Origin: Escherichia phage heid
Sequence record: MN850577.1
Direction: 5' to 3' (one strand)
DNA length: 64,000 nt
This document shows, one piece after another, positions 1 through 9,725 of the stretch (within the stretch, counting starts at the first letter, position 1; every line of letters begins with the position of its first letter). Below the pieces are notes generated by a model. The model made no database searches, had not been told where the DNA came from, and saw only the letters and a program-made list of their open reading frames with translations. The position numbers were made by a program, and so were the translations under genes.

Positions 1-249
1 CTCTACATCATCTGAAGTTCTAAGTTTATATGTGGTATACAGGATTCTTGTATCGGTAAGCCTGATACCTTCCGGTAAAGCAATCTGTGTACCATTCTTT
101 ACAGAACCTTTGATATATGGCTGGATATTACCTTTACAGTTAACCTCTACAATATCTTGTGAAGCTACCCAATCACCATCATCATTATAATAACCGTCTT
201 CAGAGACTTTACGCTTTACTACAAAGCTGTGTCTGTTTAAGAGTCTCAT
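1..249 (-). CDS. hypothetical protein, 5' part only (continues beyond window start); start codon overlaps stop of the next gene
   Basis: Minus-strand ATG at 249..247 opens a frame (MRLLNRHSFVVKRKV...) that runs off the window edge; ATGA-type overlap with the 246..728 gene; sits in the head/neck module. Confidence 0.4.
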   Translation of the reverse strand, partial: MRLLNRHSFVVKRKVSEDGYYNDDGDWVASQDIVEVNCKGNIQPYIKGSVKNGTQIALPEGIRLTDTRILYTTYKLRTSDDVE

Positions 250-728
250 TTCTTAATACCCTTCTTAGTAGAAATTTTATAAGCAAGGTTATCTCTTAAG
301 TCACCTGTCTCAACAAGAGGTGCGTTAAAGCCTTTTTTCTTGACTGTGGAAGGTGCGTTAGGAGGGAGTATAGCAGAATTACCAAAGCCCCTTTTAATTG
401 CCTTTTGAGCATTCTTTGCAAATGCTTCTAAGGTATTTGAAGGGTCTGTGTTGAGACTGCTAAGTTGCTTATATAGATTCTTCTTAGTCTGCTCTAACAA
501 GGTCTGTTTGTTTAGCATCATAGTGATTTCAAACAACCTACGATATACTTTACCAGAAGCTGAAGGAACCCCAATAACTTCTTGTAAATACATTAAAGCA
601 GGATAAGAAAAACCAGAGCTATGTTGACCTTGTTCTTGAAAATACCCAACTTGAGCATTAGCCGTTTGCAAGTTCTTCATAGCCCCGACTAATTTTGCTC
701 TAGCGGGGTGAATAACCCTTTTAACCAT
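246..728 (-). CDS. hypothetical virion protein (possible head-tail joining/neck protein)
   Basis: 160 aa ORF directly downstream of the capsid genes on the same strand, tightly packed; no recognisable motif. Confidence 0.45.
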   Translation of the reverse strand: MVKRVIHPARAKLVGAMKNLQTANAQVGYFQEQGQHSSGFSYPALMYLQEVIGVPSASGKVYRRLFEITMMLNKQTLLEQTKKNLYKQLSSLNTDPSNTLEAFAKNAQKAIKRGFGNSAILPPNAPSTVKKKGFNAPLVETGDLRDNLAYKISTKKGIKK

Positions 729-1177
729 TATTCATCTCGCTCGATAATAAATACGCCATTAACACGGTTGCAGTAATCCCTGCCTTCGTATCTGGCAGCA
801 TCACCATATTCTGTGTATTTCTTGACAGAGCAAGGATTCTGACGACGCATGTCAATATCACACTGATTAATACCACCTGCATAGGGTAGTCCTGAAACAG
901 AGCTTTTAACAAGGTCGTCATAAACAGCTTTCAGAGACTTGAATCTGGAAGAGTTACGTAAATAAACACCACCAACCTTCTCATCTCCCATCTTGGCTAC
1001 TTGAAAGAGTAAATATTTAAGAGCTTTGATGGCTGCTTTCTTTTCATCCTTTCCAGATTCTAGATAGAACCACTCTAGCACAGACTGCTCAATAAGAATT
1101 TCATCGTTATTAGTGTCTGTGCAGAGGATTCTTACTCTATCAAGAGGGTTATTGGCTGGGTCGCCTGTATAACACAT
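728..1177 (-). CDS. hypothetical virion protein (possible head completion/adaptor)
   Basis: 149 aa ORF between major capsid gene and neck-region ORF; function inferred from position only. Confidence 0.4.
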   Translation of the reverse strand: MCYTGDPANNPLDRVRILCTDTNNDEILIEQSVLEWFYLESGKDEKKAAIKALKYLLFQVAKMGDEKVGGVYLRNSSRFKSLKAVYDDLVKSSVSGLPYAGGINQCDIDMRRQNPCSVKKYTEYGDAARYEGRDYCNRVNGVFIIERDE

Positions 1178-1198
1178 TCATAACCCTCCTTAAGAATA

Positions 1199-2308
1199 TT
1201 ATTCTTGAGCGTCAGAACGAACATCTACCAGCAACTGAGGGCGTGTGCAGTATGGCAGCATGTAAGAGTGAGCTTCAAAGTCAATACCTTCGTCACGGTC
1301 TTTTTCGTATTCGAATACATACAGTTCCTGACCCAGAGTATTTGCATAACCCATCTTAGGACATGGGCCATATGCCACTTCGAAGATGTTGTTTGCTTCA
1401 CCCAGCATAGAAACGTTAGGGAAAGCATGACCTACACCTACAGTTCCATCCTGAGTAACACCATCAATACTAACCAGAGTATGAACCTTACCACGCTTGT
1501 CTTTGAACTTACCGTTGTACTGGACAAACTTAACACCACCGTAGTAGAAGGTGTTCATATGAGCCTGAACGCCGTCAGCACCACCAGTTCTCAGAGAACC
1601 AGTAATCTGTTGCCAAGCCAGTGGAGTCTGCTGTGCAAGATAAGCGTCACGAATCTTAGGATGCTTAACCAGTTTGCTGAAGAATACACGGTCAACAACT
1701 ACGTGAATTTCTTCACCGTTGATTACAGTGCCAGTCTTAGCTTCGTCTTCCATGTGCATACGCAGTTCTTCAATAGCAGCGTCAATGTCAGCATTAGGAT
1801 TGTCAAGGTCGAAGTAAATAGTCTTCTTCTCAACGTCGAACTGCTTGTACAGGTCAGCGTACAGAGTACCACGAGCGTCAACAACTTTACCCTTCAGAGC
1901 TTGCATAAACAGGAACTCACGAGTAATATCGAACTTGGTACGAATCTTCATCAGCTTCTTAGCACGTACTACAGCTTCAGTAGTAAGTTCGTTTGCAGTG
2001 CCTGGCTGACGTACACCCTGAATCTCATCAGGAGTAATGCTTTCAACTTCTTTGAAGTACATCATTGGGAAGCTGATTTGACGAACACGCTCAGGTGCGC
2101 TAGTCTCTGCTTTACGGCTATCACGGTCTACCGCATCAAGCAAGCTAACATCCCAATCAGTCAAGTCCATAAGGAAAGTAGTTTGGGTGATTGGTGCTGA
2201 ACGGAACAGACCTAAGTTGGAAATATACCCATAAGTATTTGGGATAGACTGGACTTCACCAGTCAGGTCAGCAAGGAAAAATCTGCTTTTTTCAGAATTA
2301 GTCAACAT
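1199..2308 (-). CDS. major capsid protein (inferred)
   Basis: 369 aa ORF in canonical position downstream of portal, protease-scaffold and decoration genes; size fits HK97-fold capsid proteins; plus-strand ORF 1205..2200 is antisense to it. Confidence 0.65.
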   Translation of the reverse strand: MLTNSEKSRFFLADLTGEVQSIPNTYGYISNLGLFRSAPITQTTFLMDLTDWDVSLLDAVDRDSRKAETSAPERVRQISFPMMYFKEVESITPDEIQGVRQPGTANELTTEAVVRAKKLMKIRTKFDITREFLFMQALKGKVVDARGTLYADLYKQFDVEKKTIYFDLDNPNADIDAAIEELRMHMEDEAKTGTVINGEEIHVVVDRVFFSKLVKHPKIRDAYLAQQTPLAWQQITGSLRTGGADGVQAHMNTFYYGGVKFVQYNGKFKDKRGKVHTLVSIDGVTQDGTVGVGHAFPNVSMLGEANNIFEVAYGPCPKMGYANTLGQELYVFEYEKDRDEGIDFEAHSYMLPYCTRPQLLVDVRSDAQE

Positions 2309-2341
2309 TGTAAAATTCTCCAGAATGTCTTATTATTGTTA

Positions 2342-2719
2342 TTACAGGCCAGTTGGTACGAAATCAATACCTTTAGCAGCCAGAGCTGTCTTGACGGCAG
2401 CAGCATCAACGCTCGCTTCAAGAGTAAGCATGTCTTTTAGTTCTGCATCACGGTAGATACCTACCACTTTCAACTGACCATGATAAGACAGTTGCAGGTC
2501 TGCGTAGAAATTAACGATACATACAGAGTCTGCTTGGGCTTCTTCTCCAGCTTGTACCTTAGTACCATCTGCTTTCAGAACTTCACCTACACGGTATTCT
2601 GTTGAAGCAACTGGAGTGTACTCTTTACGAGAGTGGCCTGTTGGGGTAATTTGTTCCCAAAGAATGATATCATTCAGAGGTTCTCTGTTACCTAACTTAG
2701 TAAAACCTTGATATGCCAT
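2342..2719 (-). CDS. head decoration protein (lambda gpD-like position)
   Basis: 125 aa ORF between protease-scaffold and major capsid genes, the usual place and size for a decoration protein. Confidence 0.45.
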   Translation of the reverse strand: MAYQGFTKLGNREPLNDIILWEQITPTGHSRKEYTPVASTEYRVGEVLKADGTKVQAGEEAQADSVCIVNFYADLQLSYHGQLKVVGIYRDAELKDMLTLEASVDAAAVKTALAAKGIDFVPTGL

Positions 2720-2730
2720 TATTGTGTTCC

Positions 2731-4077
2731 TTATTTGATAAGAGATTTTAGAGCATTCTGGAGAGCCAGTTTGCGTTGTTCAGCGGTGTCTTCGGAAGCA
2801 TTCTTAGCTGGTTCTTTTTCTTCTTCAACCAAATCAGCTTCGCCGTCATTACCCACTTCTTCCATAGCGTTGGAATGTTCAAGAACAGCACCAGCAGTTT
2901 CTTTCAGCTTGGTAATTTCTGATTCTTTTTCTTCCATTGCAGAAGCATGGGACGCGATAGTTTCATTAAGTTTCTGGTTAGCACCTTCCATAGCATTCAT
3001 AAACAGAACACTCAGAGGGTTGTCAAGACCAGCACCTAAAATAGCCGTTGCAGCTTCTTTTGCATCAAACCCAAAAGCTTCAGCAGAAGCAGAAATCTTA
3101 TTAGTCAAATCTGACAAAGCAGCTTCCTGTTCTTTAGCTTTCATTTGAGCAACCTGAAGACGCAAAGCTTCTAGTTCTTGCTTTTCTTGTTCAGTCATTT
3201 CTTCACCTGAATTGTTAACGTTTAAACTTACAGGAGCCTCTTCAGAACCTTGTAAGTAATTTAAGAAATCATCTTGAGACATGATTGAGTTAATTAAACC
3301 AAGTTCAAGAGCTTCCTGAGCAGAATAAACATTCGCCTCAGTATTCTTTACAGCTTCTTCAGAGAGATTACGAGATTCGGCTACAAAACCTGTAAAGGTT
3401 GCGTAGGTATCATTAATTCTCTTTTGAAGTCTTTCTTTGCTTTCTTCTGAAAGTGCTTGGAATGGTGAACCCATACCTTTAAACTCACCAGCTTTGATGA
3501 CGTTAATTGTCACGCCATTCTTTTCAAATGCTTTAGTTAATTCCTGATGAACCATAATTACACCAATAGAACCAACATCTGCATCTGGTGATGCAATAAT
3601 TTCTTCAGCAGAAGATGCAAGAGCGTATGCAGCGGAACAAGCGAACTCATCTACATAAGCAATAATTTTCTTTTGGCCTCTTGAAGCCATAATGTGACGT
3701 GCTAATTCAAAGCAACCTGAAGCTTCACCACCACCAGAATCAATGTGCAGAACGATAGTCTTAATTGACTCATCTGCTAAAGCTTCGTCAAAGCCTCTAC
3801 GCAAACCTTCATAAGAGCTTAATCCACCTGTACACATTGCATCAATGAATGTCATACGATGGGTTAAACCACCCATAATAGGGATAATAGCAATGTCATC
3901 TTTTACTTTTAAAAGACTTCTTGCGTCACCTTTGGGTTTATCAAAGTTTACTGCTGCTTGGACATCACCCAGCAATCTGTTATTCACATAAGTTGCTGCT
4001 GAGTGAGCTAATGATTCAGTGGCTAGTAAAGGTTGGTTGAATAATCTATCAGCAAGTCTGAAGATATTCGAACTCAT
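2731..4077 (-). CDS. prohead protease (S49/ClpP-fold) fused to scaffold-like C-terminal domain
   Basis: N-terminal half resembles S49/SppA-type phage prohead proteases (IPIMGGL, VLHIDSGGG, CSAAYALAS, GSIGVIMVH); C-terminal ~200 aa is E/K/A-rich and coiled-coil-like. Confidence 0.7.
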   Translation of the reverse strand: MSSNIFRLADRLFNQPLLATESLAHSAATYVNNRLLGDVQAAVNFDKPKGDARSLLKVKDDIAIIPIMGGLTHRMTFIDAMCTGGLSSYEGLRRGFDEALADESIKTIVLHIDSGGGEASGCFELARHIMASRGQKKIIAYVDEFACSAAYALASSAEEIIASPDADVGSIGVIMVHQELTKAFEKNGVTINVIKAGEFKGMGSPFQALSEESKERLQKRINDTYATFTGFVAESRNLSEEAVKNTEANVYSAQEALELGLINSIMSQDDFLNYLQGSEEAPVSLNVNNSGEEMTEQEKQELEALRLQVAQMKAKEQEAALSDLTNKISASAEAFGFDAKEAATAILGAGLDNPLSVLFMNAMEGANQKLNETIASHASAMEEKESEITKLKETAGAVLEHSNAMEEVGNDGEADLVEEEKEPAKNASEDTAEQRKLALQNALKSLIK

Positions 4078-4088
4078 TTTTACTCACC

Positions 4089-4421
4089 CTATTTGTTTAA
4101 ATCTACAGAGACTGAAGAGATAACATAAATACCTTCTTCAGCAAAGAATTGAGGTTTGCTAAGAGCACCAGTTGCCACGCATTTATTGTTAGCATCCCAC
4201 AAGCTATAGTGTGAGACCGTTGCAGAAGCTGGAACAGTAATGTTAACTGTGTCTTCTGAGGCAATTAAGCCATTATCTGGTTCAGAAAAATAAATAGCCA
4301 CTGGCTGAGTAACCTTATTTGCTGTAGGGTCTGCCGTTGGGTCTACATTGTGTAAAATAATAGTCGTTGGGGTTAGCGTGGCGAGGATTTTGTTCTTACC
4401 ATCAATAGTTAATGTTCCCAT
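4089..4421 (-). CDS. hypothetical protein (head module)
   Basis: 110 aa ORF between portal and protease genes; stop/start abuts the neighbouring gene. Confidence 0.4.
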   Translation of the reverse strand: MGTLTIDGKNKILATLTPTTIILHNVDPTADPTANKVTQPVAIYFSEPDNGLIASEDTVNITVPASATVSHYSLWDANNKCVATGALSKPQFFAEEGIYVISSVSVDLNK

Positions 4422-4921
4422 TAATTAAACCTTACTTTTTGTTTAAGGACTGTTGAATGGTTACCAGATTCATCTACCACATTTACAATCATATCATATA
4501 CTTTACCTTTGACAAGTACTTTGTAATCATTTTGTGAAAAAATGTATTCAAGTCTGTTTGTTTCTTTATTAACTGTCATTGGAGATTGAAATGCAGTATC
4601 GAGGGTAATGAAAGCGGCTTCAATGCTATTAACATTGATACGTTTATTCTCGCAGTTATATAACTTTACACCCAAAAGGCATGAACTGTCAAATGGAATT
4701 TTAACAATTTCACTACAATTTCCTAAAATAAACGGTTTTCCACTCATTGGTGCATCAAGTAACCTACAAATAGTGAAAACGTCAGAGGTTCCACCATCAC
4801 TTACATAACCTGAAAGGCTGACCCTTGAGCCAGCCTCTACAGAGAATTTGTCAGTGATAATAAGAACACCTCTATACGAATGCACTCGTGTAGCATTTGA
4901 AATAGAGATAACTTCAGCCAT
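4421..4921 (-). CDS. hypothetical protein (head module)
   Basis: 166 aa ORF immediately downstream of portal gene with start/stop overlap. Confidence 0.4.
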   Translation of the reverse strand: MAEVISISNATRVHSYRGVLIITDKFSVEAGSRVSLSGYVSDGGTSDVFTICRLLDAPMSGKPFILGNCSEIVKIPFDSSCLLGVKLYNCENKRINVNSIEAAFITLDTAFQSPMTVNKETNRLEYIFSQNDYKVLVKGKVYDMIVNVVDESGNHSTVLKQKVRFN

Positions 4922-6396
4922 TATTTATTTGCCTTATTTGCTGTGCTTGGGTCTTTCGCTGAAGGTGTCTTTGCAGTACCTTCTCCAGCGGTCTTATAAC
5001 CATCTCCTGAGCGGCTTTGGCTATTTGGAGAAAGCTTTTCAGATACTGGCTGAGACTCATCAGCAGGAGGAAGACCAATATGCTCTCTAAGCTTGTTAGA
5101 TAGCTCTTTGTCAACTTCCAAAGCACCTACTGCAACAGTCTTCTGAATATAAGAGCCAATTGCTTCAAGGTCTGGAGTTTCGATATCATCATATGTGATT
5201 TGTACATGTTCTTCATCATCCCACATATTAAGAGCATAAGTCTGTGCAACTAAATCACGGTTAATTACGTTCTTAATTTGCTTCAGCAGAATATCTACTG
5301 ACATTGCTAGTAAGCTTGTCTTAGAATCTGCAAGAGAGAATGAACCATATTTTGACTGACCCATAGCAAGAACATCTGACATAAATGCCATCATAATCTG
5401 CTTGGAATATCTGTCAATAATAGAACCTGTATCGTATGCTTTAGCACCCTGTCTAGAAACTAATGAGAACTCGAAAATATCCTCTTTAGTATCTGGGTCG
5501 ATATATCTAGGCCAGATTAAGCCTGCTCTGTCATTAGCAATCATATCGTTGACAACAGTTTTGCAGTATTGTACGAAAGCTTTCTTTTCAGGTTCTGCAT
5601 TTTCATCCAGATAATCTGGTGGTAAACCAATCTTTGGCATACCTACCAAGTCTCTTGAAACACCAACAGCTTCATACTCTTCAATCTGTACTTTATACTT
5701 CCACGGTACATAAGCATTAAGTAATGGTGAACGACCTTCTGGATTTCCATATTCATCGTCATACTTGAACAGCATGAATTTAGCTCGTGGAAGTTTTCTT
5801 GTTAGTGGTCTTTCTCCGAGATTAATTGCTCCAGCAATATGTGAAACATTTCTCAGATTCTGCCTAACACCTGTAACTTTTCTAAAGTCTTCGTCAAAAT
5901 ACCACTTATCAAGTGTTGATTGGTTTCTGATTGGTAATTTAGCCCATCCAATTAGACCATCATCAAATTTAGACTGGTACTTTCCTTTTTTACCCTGACG
6001 CTTCTTATAAACTTTCTCGTTAACACAGAACCCATAAGTGCAGAATGACATTACAGAATTAATAAAATCTGCCCAATCATGCTCCATGTCATCCATTAAA
6101 GAATTAAAGAAGTCTGCTCTTTCAAGCATTTTAGGGTCTTGCTCTTTTCCCTTTGGAGGTACGAATCTCCAGTTGACTTTTCTGACAAACATCTTAATAA
6201 TATTTACAGATGCTGCTACAGCAGGGTCACGCATCATTAATTGGAAAGTTTTAATACTTTCAGGGAACCTTAGTGCCTGACGAGGTTCTTCATAGATTCT
6301 TCCATTCTTAACCTTCAGACCCAAAGAACCTACTTCACCCATTCTAAATGGTGGTAAGCTTTCTTGTGTTTCTGTAATATCTGCCATTCTTCTCAC
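4921..6396 (-). CDS. portal protein (inferred)
   Basis: 491 aa ORF immediately downstream of the large terminase gene; size and position typical of portal proteins; acidic/basic C-terminal tail. Confidence 0.6.
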   Translation of the reverse strand: MRRMADITETQESLPPFRMGEVGSLGLKVKNGRIYEEPRQALRFPESIKTFQLMMRDPAVAASVNIIKMFVRKVNWRFVPPKGKEQDPKMLERADFFNSLMDDMEHDWADFINSVMSFCTYGFCVNEKVYKKRQGKKGKYQSKFDDGLIGWAKLPIRNQSTLDKWYFDEDFRKVTGVRQNLRNVSHIAGAINLGERPLTRKLPRAKFMLFKYDDEYGNPEGRSPLLNAYVPWKYKVQIEEYEAVGVSRDLVGMPKIGLPPDYLDENAEPEKKAFVQYCKTVVNDMIANDRAGLIWPRYIDPDTKEDIFEFSLVSRQGAKAYDTGSIIDRYSKQIMMAFMSDVLAMGQSKYGSFSLADSKTSLLAMSVDILLKQIKNVINRDLVAQTYALNMWDDEEHVQITYDDIETPDLEAIGSYIQKTVAVGALEVDKELSNKLREHIGLPPADESQPVSEKLSPNSQSRSGDGYKTAGEGTAKTPSAKDPSTANKANK

Positions 6397-6403
6397 CTAG
6401 CTA

Positions 6404-8020
6404 TCAACGTCTAAGCCCCTCATACGGGTTACCTCTCACTAAATCTGTGTGAGCACCCATTGATGGTGGCTTGAATAATTTAACTTCGTTAAGACTGTTG
6501 AAAGCATCACTGGTAGCATCCACTTGGTCATCTTTAGTTTTACCATCACCACAAAAGCCTTCAAGCTCTTGAAAGTAAGCTTCATTCCAACTACCTCTCA
6601 AGACTTTTACAAGTCCAGCTTCAGAAGCAGCAGAAAATCCCGCAAAGCGGGTAACTTTATCTTTATTTGTTGGTTTGGCTCTTGCTCGATAACCTTTCTC
6701 GGCAAGTTTCCTGATGAGGGATGTTGCGTAGGATTTACCAGCAGCGCCTGGGTCTTGAGGGATAAAAATACCAGTTCGCTTACCGTCACTTTCAGCAGTC
6801 AAATTAATTTGTGTTTCGACTCCAGAGGGTCTATCTCTAAATCTTACTACATCAATGATATAATAGCAACCGTCTTTTTTAGATTTACCCATCTTAACAC
6901 CTGCTGTCCAGTCTGGATTAGGGTTAACCTCAGATGGTAAAGTTGCTGCTAAGTCCCATGCTCTAACATCAAATACATCTTCTGGGAGTGAATCAACAAC
7001 TTCACACCATTGTCTTTGCCAATAGTTTGAACCTTCTGCACGAGCCTTCCAGTTACCGAAACGAAGTCTTGCAACGTTTACAGGAGTGTTGTTTTCCAAC
7101 TTACCACGGTACTTAGGCTCTAAGAAGTCAAGGATTGGGTTATCATCAATCGTACCAGAGATAAAGGTGTATGTTTGAGGAATCTCAAGAGGGAACATTT
7201 CAAGAATCTTGTCTCTCTCCCAATCAGAAACCATCACACCATCATTCATTACATACCAACGAATACGACCACATTTTTCAGGGTCTGGATAGCCTTCTTC
7301 ATCTAAGAATGGCTCTACCCAATCGTAAATAAAGTGGTCTCTGTCTGGGTTCATGGAAATCTTCATGTATGAATCACCTTCAGCACCAGAACGTAGACGG
7401 GTTTGTAGGTATGAAATCTGTGAAGCAGAGAAGTGTGTACCTTCGTCAAAGTAAATAGCTGAGTATTCAATACCCTGATGACCTTCAGCGTGCTTTTCAA
7501 GTTCTAGGTAGGTAAACTTGATAGTTGCCCCAGAAGGGAATGTGATGGTCATTTTCTGCTCGTGAGGAACCCCACCAAACTTACCAAATAGTTTCTTTGC
7601 AGCAGGCCATAAACCACCTTGTAGCTGTGTTGTATTTCGACGGAAATATACAGCATTATAGTTAGGGTCTTCAATAAACCTTAAAGAATCCATTAACAAT
7701 GCAGCAGTTTTACCAGCACCAGCAGCACCACCATAGAGAACCAAGTCAGCATTAGTATTTAAAAAGACCTCTTGAGAACCCGGCTGAGGGGCTACATAAT
7801 TCTTATCAGTCATCAATTTGAAGATAAGTCTAACTTGGTCTGGTGTGTATCTTAATAAAGTCAGAATTTGAGTTGGAAGGAATTTAGAGGGGTCTTTACC
7901 GAATGATTTGATAATTTCTTTTACTTCATCAGAAAGCCCCAACTCTCCAGCTAGGACTTTCCTAACATCTTCCACTCGCTTCTGCTTAACAGCATTTAAG
8001 TCCATTAAGCACCTCCGCAA
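6404..8020 (-). CDS. terminase large subunit
   Basis: 538 aa; N-terminal ATPase with P-loop (LYGGAAGAGKTAAL) and acidic Walker-B-like segment (AIYFDEGTH); C-terminal nuclease-sized domain; directly upstream of portal. Confidence 0.7.
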   Translation of the reverse strand: MRRCLMDLNAVKQKRVEDVRKVLAGELGLSDEVKEIIKSFGKDPSKFLPTQILTLLRYTPDQVRLIFKLMTDKNYVAPQPGSQEVFLNTNADLVLYGGAAGAGKTAALLMDSLRFIEDPNYNAVYFRRNTTQLQGGLWPAAKKLFGKFGGVPHEQKMTITFPSGATIKFTYLELEKHAEGHQGIEYSAIYFDEGTHFSASQISYLQTRLRSGAEGDSYMKISMNPDRDHFIYDWVEPFLDEEGYPDPEKCGRIRWYVMNDGVMVSDWERDKILEMFPLEIPQTYTFISGTIDDNPILDFLEPKYRGKLENNTPVNVARLRFGNWKARAEGSNYWQRQWCEVVDSLPEDVFDVRAWDLAATLPSEVNPNPDWTAGVKMGKSKKDGCYYIIDVVRFRDRPSGVETQINLTAESDGKRTGIFIPQDPGAAGKSYATSLIRKLAEKGYRARAKPTNKDKVTRFAGFSAASEAGLVKVLRGSWNEAYFQELEGFCGDGKTKDDQVDATSDAFNSLNEVKLFKPPSMGAHTDLVRGNPYEGLRR

Positions 8021-8026
8021 ATAGAA

Positions 8027-8227
8027 TTATTCAGAGTCTGTAGCAGTCTCTTCTTTCTTAACTTCGAACTTTGCATCAACAGCATCAAGAAGTGCATCCA
8101 TAGAGGCTTCTTTGATATCAATACCTGTTGCTACAGATAATCTATCTGCAATTGCCATGATAGTGTTCTGCATAAATTCTAGCTTTTTGTTAGCTTCATA
8201 AAGTTCTTTATAAACGGTCTCACTCAT
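8027..8227 (-). CDS. small coiled-coil protein (possible terminase small subunit or packaging accessory)
   Basis: 66 aa ORF directly upstream of large terminase; RBS GGAGAAA precedes the ATG. Confidence 0.3.
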   Translation of the reverse strand: MSETVYKELYEANKKLEFMQNTIMAIADRLSVATGIDIKEASMDALLDAVDAKFEVKKEETATDSE

Positions 8228-8255
8228 TATGTTTTCTCCAAATAATTAACCATGT

Positions 8256-8299
8256 TTCTCCTTAAAAAAGACGGCACAGAGACCGTCAAGGAGAAACCA
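8256..8299 (-). terminator. intrinsic terminator-like hairpin nested in a 10-bp inverted repeat, downstream of the tRNA cluster
   Basis: Minus strand reads GTTTCTCCTT-GACGG-TCTCTGTG-CCGTC-TTTTTT-AAGGAGAAAC: GC stem followed by T6, flanked by a perfect 10-bp outer inverted repeat. Confidence 0.5.
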
Positions 8300-8449
8300 C
8301 AATGTACGTCAGAGACATACTGTATAAGCCTTCTTATAAAGTATAACTCTGTAAAAAAGCCCTGTCTAAAAATACTCTTCGGTAGCGAAAGGAAGAATAC
8401 TTATAGCAGGGCATTATTATTATTTTAATTGAGAGAGAGTAAAATAACT

Positions 8450-8525
8450 TGGAGAATCCGAAGGGACTCGAACCCTTATAAACCTGTTTTGCAGACAGGC
8501 ACATATCCATTTCTGTCACGGATTC
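8450..8525 (-). tRNA. tRNA-Cys (anticodon GCA)
   Basis: Hand-folded cloverleaf: acceptor GAATCCG/CGGATTC, anticodon stem CCTGT/ACAGG, loop CTGCAAA, T-loop TTCGAGT, CCA encoded. Confidence 0.7.
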
Positions 8526-8529
8526 AAAT

Positions 8530-8623
8530 TGGAGGAAGATACCAGACTTGAACTGGTACACCGATTTCTCAGCTACTGGCAGTTTAGCAAACTGCTCCCT
8601 TACCTTTTAGGGTTAATCTTCCA
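8530..8623 (-). tRNA. tRNA-Ser (anticodon GCT), long variable arm
   Basis: Acceptor GGAAGAT/ATCTTCC, anticodon stem GCAGT/ACTGC, loop TTGCTAA, long variable arm, T-loop TTCAAGT. Confidence 0.65.
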
Positions 8624-9358
8624 TTATTTCTGTAATGCGCTCTTCATTTCTGGTGTTGCAATAGTGTCAATCACACCAGTTTTACAAGCATCGTCAAACC
8701 AGTCTGGTAAGATACCTGCTAAGAACCCATTGATATTCGTTTTAAGGTACTCTGCAATAAGGGCAGCTTCTTCTTCAATCATCTGCACAACTTCATCTGC
8801 ATAAGCTGTAATCTTTGAAATACCTTCATTAATCTTACTGACAGCTTGGTTAGCTAAATCAGAAACAGTATCAAGACCCTTATCAATAGCATCTTGTAAG
8901 TCACTTAACACACCATTAACACTATCTAGTGTACTGTTCATCATGTCAATAGCTTTTTGACCATACTCTGTAGCAACACCCATGATACCACTGAATGGTG
9001 TACAACCAACTTGTTCTCCTGCTGCACCCATAACATTGGAATACCCCTTTGCTACCTGCATACGTGATGAAAACTCATCAATAGATTTTTGACCGTAGTC
9101 TGTCAGAGTTTTAGTAGTTGCTGTAGTGCTTGTAAGGCTTGTTGTAAAGCTGTTTAGAAGGACTGTTGTAAGTCCAGCAGCAACAAGTTTCTCCTTCATT
9201 GTAGGGTCTGTTACAGAACTAATAGAGCTTACAAGTGATGTAGAGGCAGCTACGGTTCCACCGAGAACTGCTGCACCAGTAATAAGCGGGTTAGAGAACC
9301 CTTTACCAGTTTTTAAGAGATTAAAAATCTCCTTACCTTGTTCTGTCATCTCTTTCAT
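8624..9358 (-). CDS. hypothetical protein (Thr/Ser-rich central region)
   Basis: The 265 aa ORF call extends into tRNA-Phe; the ATG at 9358 (MKEMTEQGKEIF...) is the likely true start, giving a 244 aa product. Confidence 0.45.
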   Translation of the reverse strand: MKEMTEQGKEIFNLLKTGKGFSNPLITGAAVLGGTVAASTSLVSSISSVTDPTMKEKLVAAGLTTVLLNSFTTSLTSTTATTKTLTDYGQKSIDEFSSRMQVAKGYSNVMGAAGEQVGCTPFSGIMGVATEYGQKAIDMMNSTLDSVNGVLSDLQDAIDKGLDTVSDLANQAVSKINEGISKITAYADEVVQMIEEEAALIAEYLKTNINGFLAGILPDWFDDACKTGVIDTIATPEMKSALQK

Positions 9359-9374
9359 TAAGCACCTTTGAAAT

Positions 9375-9449
9375 TGGTAGTCCAGTGGGATTTGAACCCT
9401 CTTCTCATGTTTTTCAGACACGCGCTTTAACCATATAAGCTACTTGGAC
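9375..9449 (-). tRNA. tRNA-Phe (anticodon GAA)
   Basis: Acceptor GTCCAAG, D-stem GCTT/AAGC, anticodon stem CGTGT/ACATG, loop CTGAAAA, T-loop TTCAAAT, CCA encoded. Confidence 0.75.
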
Positions 9450-9457
9450 TATAAATT

Positions 9458-9532
9458 GGGGTGACCTACGGGATTTGAACCCGTATAGACCATGTTCACA
9501 GCATGGGTCATTACCGTTTATGATAAGGCCAC
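9458..9532 (-). tRNA. tRNA-His (anticodon GTG)
   Basis: Acceptor GTGGCCT/AGGTCAC, D-stem TCAT/ATGA, anticodon stem CCATG/CATGG, loop CTGTGAA. Confidence 0.7.
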
Positions 9533-9563
9533 ATTTAAGGACTCTCGCAAGAATCCTTAGAAG

Positions 9564-9639
9564 TGGCAGCGGCATAAGGATTTGAACCTTAATAGGACAG
9601 CTTCAGAGGCTGCTGCATTGCCAGTTATGCTATACCGCT
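9564..9639 (-). tRNA. tRNA-Gln (anticodon CTG)
   Basis: Acceptor AGCGGTA/TGCCGCT, anticodon stem GCAGC/GCTGT, loop CTCTGAA, T-loop TTCAAAT. Confidence 0.65.
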
Positions 9640-9644
9640 AAATT

Positions 9645-9723
9645 TGGTACTCCATATCGGATTCGAACCGATACATAACACAGATTTTAAGTCTGGCCTC
9701 TCTGCCAATTGGAGTAATGGAGC
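9645..9723 (-). tRNA. short tRNA with leucine-type anticodon TAA, no long variable arm, discriminator A
   Basis: Acceptor GCTCCAT/ATGGAGT, anticodon loop CTTAAAA on a 4-bp stem, T-loop TTCGAAT; about 79 nt. Confidence 0.5.
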
Positions 9724-9725
9724 AT

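Noticed and set aside
1205-2200. 331-aa plus-strand ORF
   Set aside because: Lies entirely antisense to the major capsid gene in a strictly minus-strand structural operon; low-complexity composition; treated as an antisense artefact
2708-3148. 146-aa plus-strand ORF
   Set aside because: Antisense to the protease-scaffold gene; Ser/Ala-rich translation typical of the reverse frame of an E/K-rich coding region
8624-9421. N-terminal 21 codons of the 265-aa ORF call
   Set aside because: The extension overlaps tRNA-Phe (9375-9449); the internal ATG at 9358 is the more plausible start
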